A stretch of DNA of 63,114 bases, counting the filler, from Collodictyon triciliatum (Eukaryota): NCBI GenBank assembly GCA_043381765.1. It is 5 parts of 5 records of this genome, joined end to end, with 100 filler letters (N's around TTAATTAATTAA, not from the genome) between each part and the next. Parts side by side here need not be neighbours in the genome. Positions count along the whole stretch, not along the records: positions 33,664 to 53,878 come from JBHJMP010000473.1; positions 53,979 to 59,260 come from JBHJMP010000476.1; positions 59,361 to 63,114 come from JBHJMP010000523.1; 2 more parts are not named here. The stretch is one strand, 5' to 3'. The first letter of the stretch is position 1. Each line of letters begins with the position of its first letter. The position numbers and the translations under genes were made by a program. The notes under the pieces were generated by a model that was given only the letters and a program-made list of their open reading frames with translations, was not told where the DNA came from and did not search any database. Shown here in pieces: positions 47,628-59,587 of this stretch.

Positions 47628-49625
47628 AAAAAGAAATACCACAGAAAAGCCGTGCTATGATTGTTTGGTATCAGTTGATTTTTTCTTATAAAATGAACCA
47701 AAATTTTTTTAAACAGCTTTACCAAAACATTAGATGATTCTACGGACAGTCCAAAATATAGCAAAAGAAGTCATTGACCCTGTCATAGCACAAAAACAGC
47801 TTTTAGAATGTATTTCAGTAATAAGCCAAGTGGATTTATTCAAACCAAAGATTGATGAAATTCTGGACGAGGCACTAGACCAAGTATTTAGATAGTTCGA
47901 TATTTGACATTTTTTTCCTCCGAGATAACTACGATTTGAATTGAATCGATTTTTTTTCCAAAAATTGTACAGGAATCCAAAAAATGGGTTATGAACGACA
48001 TACTTCTGTCCTCCAGTCAATCGCAACCCCTAAATCAAAGTTGGGTAGATGTTTCCATTCTTAAAGAAATCACTCTGACACATGAAGAGATGAACGAAAT
48101 GGCATTTAGCTGGGAGCTCGACGGGACACAGTATTCCGATGACGAATTAATATCGATGATTCTTGGCATGTTCAAACACTTAAGATTATTAAAGGAATTT
48201 CATGTTGCTGGTAATACATCAAATTATCCATAGGAACATTCATTTTTTTTTATTCTCGTTCCTTTTTAATGTGCAGTGAAGGCAAGGTTCAAAAAATCAA
48301 TTGAATGTTATATAAGTTGAAAGACGTGTGAAAATAAATTATATGTGTAAGATATAAGCGCATGGTAATTTTAATCTTATATATTCAAGTCGAATATGAT
48401 AGTCATGATTTGGTTACAAATTGATTAAAAAACAAACAAACAAAAACAGAATCCCGTTTTTGCAATTTTCTGGGAACAATCCGCAGAAACTACCACCCAA
48501 ATCCATTTCATAATTTTCAACACTGCTTCGCTGTGACTCACACATGTTTTATGATATTAATTAAAACCAGCATCGCCCAATACTTGAGGTTTGCATTATA
48601 CCTCTGGGTATATTTGAAAAAAAATCCTAATTTAACTAATATCTTTAATTGTAAGATAAAATGTCTCATGTCTTTCAATTTTTAACAATATAAATTCAAT
48701 TACTAGTAACCTGGATATTTACGCTCTTATGCTCTCAGCACTTTGTCACGACCTTGACCACCCAGGATTAACAAATAGTTACGAAGTTTCTTCAGGATCT
48801 GAAAGAGCAATAACATACAATGATATATCAGTTTTAGAGAACCATCATGCTCATACCGCCTTCCGTTTGTTAATGACAAGTGACTGTGGGATTATCAATC
48901 ATTTGGAGGAAGTAACCTATTCTTTTATACAGTAATACACCATGTTTATTTGTCGGGGTGCGATAAAGAGCCATTCCTAGGTACAATTATGATTGCACCC
49001 AAAAAAAGGAAGTAAATGGTGTTTAAATTAATTTATCTTTCTACTAATTAAGGCCCAATTCAAGGAAATACGAAAAATAATGGTCCAATCTATCTTGAAA
49101 ACTGATATGGGCAGGCATTTCGAGGATTTGACGGTATTGGAGCACAGATTAGATTCGAAGCCTCTATCAAGAGACTCTGCTGAAGACCGCAGTTTGATTG
49201 TATCTACAATATTACACAGCGCAGATTTATCCAATCCAACCAGGACATTTTCTCAATCTCGGATGTGGGCTGATAGATTACTAAAGGAGTTCACTATTCA
49301 AGTTTTTTTTTTAACCTTACTATTGAATTAAATGTCCGCCATATTACGAGGAAATGCCTAACGGTCTACCTAATTTACTAATTTTTAACGAGGCATCTTT
49401 CTTTAAATACACTAGGTTTCTAAAGAAAGAGAGAATAATTTACCGGTGTCAACATTTATGATGATTCCAAATTTAAAGATTCAATCGAAGAACGAGGTCA
49501 ACTTCATCGATTATGTAGTAGAGCCCCTCTGGAAAGTACTTAAAAGCATGGCACCAGAACTGGAGCCAATCTACCTAAAAATTCTTGAAAATAGGGGAGA
49601 ATGGATGAAGTTGTCACACAGCTAA
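43178..49625 (+). CDS. Class I cyclic-nucleotide phosphodiesterase with GAF-GAF-GAF-PAS regulatory region
   Basis: Catalytic motifs PFHNFQHC, HDLDHPGLTN, LENHH, TDM, LHSADLSNP, EFTIQ; GAF motifs VNKSNDTFSKEDE and VNKLSGECFNKDDE, GIVGHVARTG; PAS-like ILSSINHYVLHIGADGILRTVN. Start codon uncertain. Confidence 0.9.
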
Positions 49626-50287
49626 TTAATCAAGAGAATTAGGATATCACTCTCTCCTCCTCTTCCAATGTGAATTCTGGATTCTCTTCTCGACAGAATC
49701 TCTGCGCTATATCAAACAACACCTGATAGACCATGCATGACGACAGATTCCTTAAAAATTGTAGAAAAATAAAAATATTAAGTAGCTCCTTTCTTTTTTC
49801 TTTGTGTATATGTGGATGTGTAAGTTAGCCAGTAAAAAAAGGGCGCGGAGGAAATGAAGTCACACAGAGGTCGGCAAATATTCTCGAAAATGAACCGATG
49901 AAGTTACTTTTTGTTACAGATCATAGGAACTAGTAATTGGGACGATGACACATGCGTTCCACTGTCTGATGCTTCAAGGCAGCCTTGATTATTATTATTA
50001 TTATTACTATCATCATCACTCTATTTTCATTAACCCGCTCACTCTCGCACGCTGTATTGTTGATATCTGAAGTCTTCACGAAAGCTTTTCTTGCGGATGT
50101 ACATTTTCAATTCTTCCCCTGTCAAAAAGGAGCGGGTCGCGCGTTTCCATTATGGATTTGTTTTTCTTTTCCGTGCCTGGATTCCTGAATCTGAAACACA
50201 AGTAGTCGCTTCGCTTCGCTCTTGAAAAAATCTCTCGCAGCCGCATAGTAAACTCTTTGAGGAAAACGCCGTAGTATATAGCTTACC

Positions 50288-50318
<31 letters not shown>

Positions 50319-50356
50319 AAAAAGAGGCAAGCCTTCCTGACCACCTAAACGTAGCC

Positions 50357-50442
50357 ATGGCAGAGTCCAACAGTGAAAGGAACAATCGCTTCGGCCGCCT
50401 TACAATCGACTTGCCAAGTGGAAAGTACCAGGTGCCATCGAG

Positions 50443-50483
<41 letters not shown>

Positions 50484-51914
50484 ATCCCCTTTATTCCTTT
50501 ATTCTATTCTTTTTCTCGCATTATACTCTCACACTCTCTTGTTCGCTATGAGTCAAGTCAAGTGCCAAGCGAGATTCGTCTTCTTTTCCCTCTCCGAGTC
50601 TCGTTCCCTTGCCTCTTCACAACCCGACTAACTCTGCCGATGATTCGACTCCAAAGCTAACTGCCGAAGAGATGCGCACGATGTCGGGCTGTCGAATGGC
50701 CCTTATGGAAAATCCTCTGCTGGGCGGCTTCTTTGGCTTTGTTCTTGGGAAAGCATACAGTATGACTTAGCATCAGCTTTTCAGACACTTTTTTTTTAAC
50801 GCCACCCACCTTACTTACGATTACTTTACAGTCGCCCATTTGCTCTTGAATGCACTTCTTTTTTTAATTTACATACTACTTTACATGAGTTGAATATGTT
50901 GGATATAATCTCCCAGTATAGTGACCTAAACATTCGTTCATTATTTACATGAACTATTACATCATTCAGTCATACATATAATCCATCAATAAACAAAAAC
51001 AAATTAAAATCAAAACCAAAAACAGACCAGCGTTTTGGAGAAAGGCGCCTCCTTGTCGCAAGTAACATATCGCATTCTCATTAAATACACGCATCTTTGT
51101 TTTGAATCGAACAAAGAAAAAAAATACATGCATCTTCGAACACCATTAGCGAAGAGAAACATGTCGCAGTGGGCAACTACCGATTGCACCAGTGCATACA
51201 TATCATTCAGTGCATGCATAACATAAAAGCATTTAAACACAGGCAGCACAGCCACTGGGATTATCCTCGGACTTTATGTGGCCTCCAACTCATGCGAGAA
51301 AGCAGTTCGGCGACTTCCAGACACAGAGCTGACCCGATTTCTGTATGCACTTCACTTCTATTTTCATATCAGACTGCCACAATCAGAGGCTGACATATTC
51401 CAATCAACCTGAGGAATACAAAAAACGAATAATCCGCCACAACACCAATTGTAACTCACCCACGAAAACGAATACAACCCAACCAACCAGAAAGCGCAAC
51501 TACCCGGCTCAGATGGGCGTCGATGAAAGCAGCGAGTCCATCCACAAAGACGTATTATCATCATCATCATCATCACCATCATCACTGCCGCATGCAACTG
51601 ATTCATCCCCACGAGTCTTGCCCGACTTTGAGTCTTCAAGACAAACACCACATGCGCAGAAGCGCAAGCCCGAAAAGATCATCTTCCAAAGCCGCACAGG
51701 AGAAATCAAGGAGGTCACCCTTCCCGGCAGTGATGCTGGTGAGTCTACGCCGCAGGAGTCTGATGAACCTCGTGGGCGTCTGCGACCACAGGACGATGAC
51801 CTTGCGGCGAGCTACAAGCGTCATGCAGAATGGTACAATGCCGAGAACGAGCAAGACAAGAGCGCAGGTTATTCCCCGGACGGTGCGTCTGGGCATCCTC
51901 GCTCTCGGCGATGA
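50357..51914 (+). CDS. Small two-hydrophobic-segment protein with disordered tail, weakly OCIA-domain-like (5 exons)
   Basis: Phase-consistent splicing: ...SGKYQ-LTAEEMRTMSGC...LLGGFFGFVLGKAY...ATGIILGLYVASNSCEKAVRRLPDTELTRFL-KRNYPAQMG..., joining ORF 51345-51914. The gene model is firmer than the family call. Confidence 0.65.
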
Positions 51915-52357
51915 GTAGACAGAGGCGTGTTGTGTGATAAACGATTAAGAATGAAGAGGCCTATACAATATCAAAGACAAAGACAAAGTAAAAGAGGAGT
52001 ATGCCATAGACTCACCCGCGCACATATCCTAATTATCGTTTAGAGGTAATTAGTCGCATGTTGTGATGGAAAGGAACGAAAGCTGTTTTGTATGTCGAGG
52101 GCCGTATTCATTCTTCATTTTGTCTACACAAACAAAGTGATAATCCGAAGTTACCACCACGGCGGGATGGTGAATCGAGTCGGCGGAATGTGTTTTTGTA
52201 TTTATCAAATCAGAACAGAAGAAAACAATGCAAAAGGTGAAGCAGTGAAAATATGGGACGAATGATAAAAAAAATAAAAAAAAAAAAATAAAGGCTCGAG
52301 GGAATAGCGAGATGATTGTCCTCCTAATCGCATCGGTAATTCACATTTAAATACGAA

Positions 52358-53614
52358 TTATCGCAGCGAGGCAAGTCGCGAATCGATAGACCTATCCAAT
52401 AGTACCCGCTGGGCGTAGCTAGCTTCCGCATCAAATTTATAACGAGGCAAGTTCGCGCGTTTTTCTTCCTATGGAACAGCATGTAATTAAATTACAACAA
52501 TCAAAAAAAAAAAAAAAGATAATGCTTGCATTTTTTAATGAAAAAGAAAATCTTGCACTGGGTGATTAATGCGAGGGTGCATACAAGGTAATAACGGGAA
52601 AGAAGAGACGGGTTTCATTGGTCTGTCATTCATGTCCTTGTTTTGTTGTCTTAAATCAAACATATTAAGATGGGTTCATTCTGCGATGGACTTACCATCG
52701 AAAGATTCTCATCCTTATAGACTAAACGCATTGTCGGCTGCACAGGCGGGGCGGCAACAGGTGGAGCAGGCGGAGGATTCGGCGCAGGCACTGGTGCATG
52801 CAAAGGAATCGGGGCTGATGCAGACACGTGAGAATTCATTTGGGACATATGTGGCGGGGCGTTTGGAGGCGCCGCTGCGATGTTTGGCGGAAAGGCGGGT
52901 GGCATTTGCGGTCTGGGCAAGGCTATGTTGGGCAACGGTGGAATCTGCCCAAAGATTGGCGGGGCCATGTTTGGTCGTGGCTGCCCTGGGAAAATTGGGG
53001 GAGGAACAGGTGCGTTGTAGTAGGGCGGATAGCCGGGGATTGGAGCAGGCATTGGTACAGGTGCAGATGCAGGTTTTGGGGGGAAAGCAGGTGGAGCAGA
53101 GTATGGGAAGGGATATGCATATGGGGCTGTGCCGACGATGGGCGGCTGCGCGATGGGGACAGTGGCTTCGACCTTTGGCTTCTTTGCGTCTTCACCTTCG
53201 TCTGTGAAAGGAAATTGGAAGTGAGATGGTGATGGAGAATAGGAAGATAACTGGAAGATTAAGGGGTGTTTTATTTAGGGGATACCGTTTCGGTTCGGAT
53301 AGCCTTCGAGTCCGACCACGTTGACTGAGATGCTGTCGCGATCGGGGACGGCGTTGGGCACTCTGGAGGGGAGAGAAGAATACCGAATATACAGTCAGGC
53401 TTATGATTTAAGATATGCAGAGATAGAAAATAGATGAAATAAGTAAATAAATGTAAAAGTGTACTTGCTGATTGTTGTCTTGTGGACAGTCATGGCATGA
53501 GCTACAAGGCCGTTGATGGTGTAGAGCTGCTTGCTGCAATCGTTACATCGGAAATGTTTCTGGCGCTGGTGTCGCACGAGTGTAGCTTCGTCATCAAAGT
53601 CGCGCTTGCAATAC
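52358..53614 (-). CDS. ZNF207: ZNF207/BuGZ/SUF4 family C2H2 zinc-finger protein, first exon lost at contig edge
   Basis: YCKRDFDDEATLVRHQRQKHFRCNDCSKQLYTINGLVAHAMTVHK, VPNAVPDRDS, GLEG, Pro-rich middle, RLVYKDENLSM-EEKRANLPRY. Confidence 0.92.
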
Positions 53615-53751
53615 CTTTGCACCACGAAAATCAGAAAGCAGAAAATGGTGAACATAAAAAGAAACGGGAAACAGAATAAAAATTAGTAAAAAAACAAAAA
53701 CAAAAAACAAAAACAAAAAACAAAAACAAAAACAAAAACAAAAACAAAGCC

Positions 53752-53786
53752 AGCATCTCCACCATCCTGCACAAAATTGAAAGGAA
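53752..53786 (+). mobile_element. 35-bp 3'-end remnant of the LINE at 39464-40415, inside a (CAAAAA)n array in a ZNF207 intron
   Basis: AGCATCTCCACCATCCTGCACAAAATTGAAAGGAA is identical to 40358-40392. Confidence 0.8.
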
Positions 53787-53824
53787 AAAAATAGTAAACA
53801 AAAACAAAAACAAAAACAAAAACA

Positions 53825-53855
<31 letters not shown>

Positions 53856-53878
53856 CAAAACAAAACAAAACAAAACAA

Positions 53879-53978
53879 NNNNNNNNNNNNNNNNNNNNNN
53901 NNNNNNNNNNNNNNNNNNNNNNTTAATTAATTAANNNNNNNNNNNNNNNNNNNNNNNNNNNNNNNNNNNNNNNNNNNN
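53879..53978. other. Artificial contig linker N-TTAATTAATTAA-N
   Basis: Same structure as 12521-12620. Confidence 0.95.
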
Positions 53979-54083
53979 ACCATAAAACCATAAAACCATA
54001 AAACCATAAAACCATAAAACCATAAAACCATAAAACCATAAAACCATAAAACCATAAAACCATAAAACCATAAAACCATAAAA
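53979..54083. repeat. (ACCATAAA)n octamer repeat
   Basis: Direct inspection. Confidence 0.95.
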
Positions 54084-54151
54084 CACAAAAACTAAAACAA
54101 AAACTAAAACAAAAACAAAAACAAAAACAAACGAAACGCTACCGTAAATGT

Positions 54152-57100
54152 ATGAATAGATTTTCTAATAAATGTCGTCTACTCGAACAGCAACCAGATG
54201 TTAACAAGAATATGGTTGTGAATAATATCGACGTCGAAAATGGAGGAATTTCAGGTGCTAGTGCAAATAGGGAAGTTGTAAGCATAAGAATGTCGCCAAG
54301 CTCACAGCAATTGCCAGGGCCTGCTTTGGATAATGGTGATAATGAGGATGAATCCGTTCAAAAAGAGATGGAGAAACCTGTTTTAAGCATTAGAAGTTTT
54401 GCCAAGTCCGGGTTGTGCTCTATTAGGGTTATTATCGTGTTTATCTTCATCTCTGGACTTCTCTTGACAGGAATCGTTTCATGGTAAAAAATAATATTTT
54501 ATATTGCTCAATTTTTAACGAAGAGCATGGTCAAATTGGGTTATTTCGTATGTATCCATCCTTCCGTTCACTTACCCCATCCAATATATGATTAAAACAA
54601 GGTTTCTGACATATGACAGCTCCCAGAAGAGCATTTCAATAATATCAAAAAGTCTACAGTCCGAAGTTTTTTTTAAATTTATAGTGCCATATAAAAAAAT
54701 TCAATATTCTTTATTGTAGAGAATAATCAAATTGAACTAAATCCATAGATTGAATCAAACATCGCAAACCAAATAAATCAGAAAATTAACAACGCGTATG
54801 AAATTGTACTGTCGCACAAGATACTTATGAAAAGGGGTATAATCGACCCTCGAAGCGAAATTGTGAGTTCCATACCCTTTCTTTAGCACCTTATAACTAG
54901 TATATAATCTCCTCAACTATCTTCAATATATTAATAGGGATTCAATACTATGATGGAGAAGTTTTTCGTGGTTACACTCACCTCAAAGTTTGTCACCCCT
55001 GTGGGATTTCAGAGCCGAGATATCAACTTTGATTATTAGGCTGTCTTTTCAAACAGCTTCACCTTCCTCTGTTGTCTTGTATCTTAACTTCTTCCTTTAA
55101 ATAAACAACAGGGATGTAACAAGTTGCTGGTGGACTTCAACAAGAGGAGAGTTGATCGGCCATCTAAGGAATCCTGATGTACGTTTTGTGTGATTTCCAA
55201 AATACTTCATGGACCAATTTATTGAATTTTTTTGGTAACGATTTGCAGAGCGGATCCATAAGTAACATCGTTTTTCTCTAGGGGTCTAAATTGGGGATGT
55301 GGATGGCCCTTAATCGTACCACAATAGAATATGAAGTAAATGAGAACAGAGACATTGTAGGAACGAATTGGATAGATAATAATATGGATAGCACAACAGG
55401 TTACATTTCGAATCATGCCGTTTTTAAATCTCAACACATTAATTCCGGGTATCTTAAACGGTATTTAACTACAAGAACAAAACAAAAAAAAAACAAAAAA
55501 AANNNNNNNNNNNNNNNNNNNNNNNNNNNNNNNNNNNNNNNNNNNNNNNNNNNNNNNNNNNNNNNNNNNNNNNNNNNNNNNNNNNNNNNNNNNNNNNNNN
55601 NNAAAACAAAAAAACAAAAAAACAAAAAAACAAAAAAACAAAAAAACAAAAAAACAAAAAAACAAAAAAACAAAAAAACAAAAAAAACAAAAAACAAAAA
55701 AACAAAAAAACAAAACTGGAAAATGCGCCTATATCACACCAGCTGCTTGGTATACTGTGCTGGATAGGAAAAAGCCGGATGAATTGGTGTGGACGCCTAC
55801 ATACACATGGGCTAATCGCCTTTGGAGCACTCTGTATAATTTAAATAAACTAATTCAGAACTAAAGATGGCATAGAACCATCTCATGAGGACTAATTTTA
55901 CGTTTTTAGGACAACTTGCGCCTTTACACCAGACGGAGAGTTTATTGGAGCGGTTGGCTCTGACATGGAATTCGGATTTGTCACGGAGTTACTGGAGAGC
56001 TTATCCGTACGAAAAAATTAGATAAAATACCATTTTCCCTTCACAATCACAGATAATTATTTCTTAAAATATGTGATTACCATCCGACAGAAAACAAGGA
56101 ACACAAACGCCATAGTTGTAAATAATGAGGGGATAATAATTGGTTCATCACTGGGATTGCCTATACAAACCTGCTCTCCTGAAGGAGGAAAATGCGCCAG
56201 TGGCCCTGCTCCTGTATCATTCGAAGATATAAACGACGAATTTGCAATTTCTGTCAATAATTATGTAAAAGTACACTTTTCGAGTGAGTTCATCGTTTAA
56301 TCGAATCAGTTAATTTTTGATTTAAGACAACGATTTCAAGAAATACTTTTAAAAAACTGTACGCATAATCAATTATATTAACAACAGAATGGGACTCGTT
56401 TCCTGAGAGTGCAGTAAAAACAAAACTCGAGGTAACAATTCAATTAAGCCGGTAGAATTTAAATTCTATTCATTTATTGAAGTATTCTTTTATATTTTAG
56501 ATTAAGGGAAAGATGTATTTGGTTTCCTTTTCGAAAATTAAGGCCCATTCTATTGGGTGGAACCTGGTGCTGTTAGTTCCAGAAGATGACTACATGGGAA
56601 GGATTAAAGAGTCAAACAAGAATACAATTATATTAGTGTTTTGCTTGATTGGGTCCTTCAGTTTAATTATTTTTCTGTTTGCCCTTTACATAACCAGGTA
56701 TTTATCTTCTAGTGTTAAGTCTTGAAATAATTACATAAAAGAATTAAAATATTCATTTAAATAACACGGAAATACACAACAGGCCTTTGAATCAGATCGC
56801 AAAAGCTATGTACGGTATATCTAGACTAGAATTCCAAGAAAATGGGGTAATACGTCTCTCTGTATCACAATGTCAGATATTCAAGTTATTTTTTCTTCAA
56901 GGAAGGACTTTACTAATTGAGATGAATTATTCTACTTTTTTATTTCACTGCGTTTAGTCAGCTGCTAAAAAGTCATCCTTGAAAGAAATCCAAATGATGC
57001 AGTCGTCCTTCCAAGTGCTGAAATGGGCTACTGATATATTTATTCTATAATCTATGGACAATTGAAAGGAAAGAGACAAGAAAACATCACATTAATTACA

Positions 57101-58612
57101 GGTGCTCAAAACCTTTTTTCCGTCATAGATTATGGACACAGCATTGAGGTCATTTGGAAAATTTGTTCCCACTTCTGTGGTGGAACGAATAGTACTAAAC
57201 ACAAAAGGGGCTTCTGACTTATATGTCGAAAACAGATTGGTTACCATCATGTTCACTGGTTTGTATCTATACTGTGAATATTAGCAGAGCTGGTATAATT
57301 ACGCAAACTAGAGCAATATTACCTTTGCCTTTTTCTTTTTTTAGATATCAGAGACTTTACCCAGACAGCAGAATCTTTGGAGGTTGGGAAGCTGATATCA
57401 ATCATGTCTGACTATCTAGAAGAAATGTCGGCCATTATAATGTCATGTGGTGGGACAGTATCTGACTTTATCGGCGACGGGATATTGGTATTGTACACTA
57501 TGATAGATTGCCGATTAAACTTAAGAGGAGATATATTACTGCTGCCTTTTTAAACCATATTTTAACCAAGGCGTTTTGGAATGCACCGCTGGACATCAAA
57601 GACCATGCATATGTAGCGTGCCGTTCTGCACTACTCCAACAAGTGGAGTCTTTCATTTTTTAAGTCATCCCCTTTTACTATGACAACATTTTTTCGGTAT
57701 TCTAATCAATATTCTCCACCAATCAAAATAGAAAGCCCTGATATCCTTGAACAAGAAATGGATATCCAATGGCCTACTGACCAAACCTTTCTTCCTTCGC
57801 ATTGGAATCCACACCGGGAGAGTTTTAGCAGGGAATATTGGGTCGACGCGTCGCATGAAATACGGAGCGGTTGGCGATGCTGTAAATCTTGCATCAAGGT
57901 CTAATACTTTAAGATGTCTCATATTTTCTAATCACTGTACAGAAGAAACTCTCATAAATAATATGTGCACTGATGCTCTTATAATTCTTGATTTATTCAA
58001 ATTAGAATCGAAGGACTCAACAAAAGGTACGAATCTCAGATTTTGATGAGCAGAGACACAGCCAATCTTATAGAGGGAAGCATTTTATACCGAACCTTGG
58101 AAAAGGTTGTAGTGAAAGGAAGGTGAGAAATATGCAGTTTTGAAAAAAAAAGAAAAAAAAATGAAAAACGAAACGATATAGAAAGATTGATTATCTTTAT
58201 TTGTTCCTTATTCGAATCAAATAGCAGCGATGGTTGATTGTCTTTCTTTTTCTTTTTTAATACTTTGGGGATATAAATTAGTAAAAGAGCATAAAGTTAG
58301 AAATAAGATTTTTTTTTTAAAAACTTATTCAAAATCAGAACAAATATTACGGAAATATGCGAGGTGATGGGTGATATCAAAGAGCCTGTTGAGTCATCTG
58401 ACCAAGAGTTTGACCCACAATCTGCCAAGGAAGGTGTCGCTTTATTTTCTGAGTACCACGACCCACACGGCGACGACACGCACAGAGAAATTGCACTGTC
58501 GAAATTAGTGGAGTATTCAAAGGCGCATCCTCTCGACGTTGTTGCTGCTCGCACATTAGACATTTACCAGCTTCCAAACTACACTGGAATATCAGTATTG
58601 GATACGAAATGA
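54152..58612 (+). CDS. Receptor-type class III nucleotidyl cyclase (TM - Cache-like - TM - HAMP-like - cyclase)
   Basis: TM1 [19 protein letters not shown]; Cache-like WTPTYTW...[26 protein letters not shown]2; ITRPL...EI..M..SF; cyclase [49 protein letters not shown]. Confidence 0.9.
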
Positions 58613-59260
58613 AAAAAATTATAAGGGAAGAAATATCATAAGCTCCAGATATTCTTCGCCCTTATCTTATTGAGCAAAGCGAATCATTCTTTGATTTATG
58701 GGTTTGAAGAAACTGAATAAAATGAATGGCCTAACCAAACCACCAAACTGTCCAATGGTGCGCTGCCCTTGTGCGAAAACTAGTATCGTGGCGACTTGGA
58801 GTTCGCATTGAACTCGATATTTACGAATTTATCAAGTCTTTTTACCCATCACGCCATAAATCAAAAATGATTCTATCGAACTCTTAAGTGCAATGAAAAT
58901 AATGCACAGCTACATATAAACAGTAGCCATTCTGTGATAAAAACTGTCCTATAGCGGATATTAAACTCTCCCTTTTTCTCAGCTCGGCATCCATGTGGAG
59001 AAACCCACGCGGACAATATCTATTATCGCAAGGCGTGTTATACATGAAAACGGATTCAAAAGTGACTTCACCCACTTAAATAAAAACAGCTCACAGCATT
59101 ATATCTCTACATAAAGGAAAATAGAAAGAAAATGCAGACACAGGAGGAAAAAAGCTCCGAGATATCCGATTTACTTATCTCCTTGATAACATAAAAAACA
59201 AAAAAACAAAAAACAAAAAACAAAAAACAAAAAACAAAAAACAAAAAACAAAAAACAAAA

Positions 59261-59360
59261 NNNNNNNNNNNNNNNNNNNNNNNNNNNNNNNNNNNNNNNN
59301 NNNNTTAATTAATTAANNNNNNNNNNNNNNNNNNNNNNNNNNNNNNNNNNNNNNNNNNNN
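59261..59360. other. Artificial contig linker N-TTAATTAATTAA-N
   Basis: Same structure as 12521-12620. Confidence 0.95.
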
Positions 59361-59481
59361 TTTATTCTCTTTTTTTTATTCTCTTTTTTTTATTCTCTTT
59401 TTTTTATTCTCTTTTTTTTATTCTCTTTTTTTTATTCTCTTTTTTTTATTCTCTTTTTTTTTTTCTCTTTTTTTTTTTCTC

Positions 59482-59579
<98 letters not shown>

Positions 59580-59587
59580 AAATGTAG

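Noticed and set aside
53979-54083. (ACCATAAA)n at a contig start as a possible telomere
   Set aside because: Many different simple repeats border gaps here, and a gene starts about 70 bp away.
54938-55040. In-frame TAG in the cyclase suggesting stop-codon reassignment
   Set aside because: A GT donor upstream (TCAAA|GTTTGT) removes it and restores phase. All genes examined fit the standard code.
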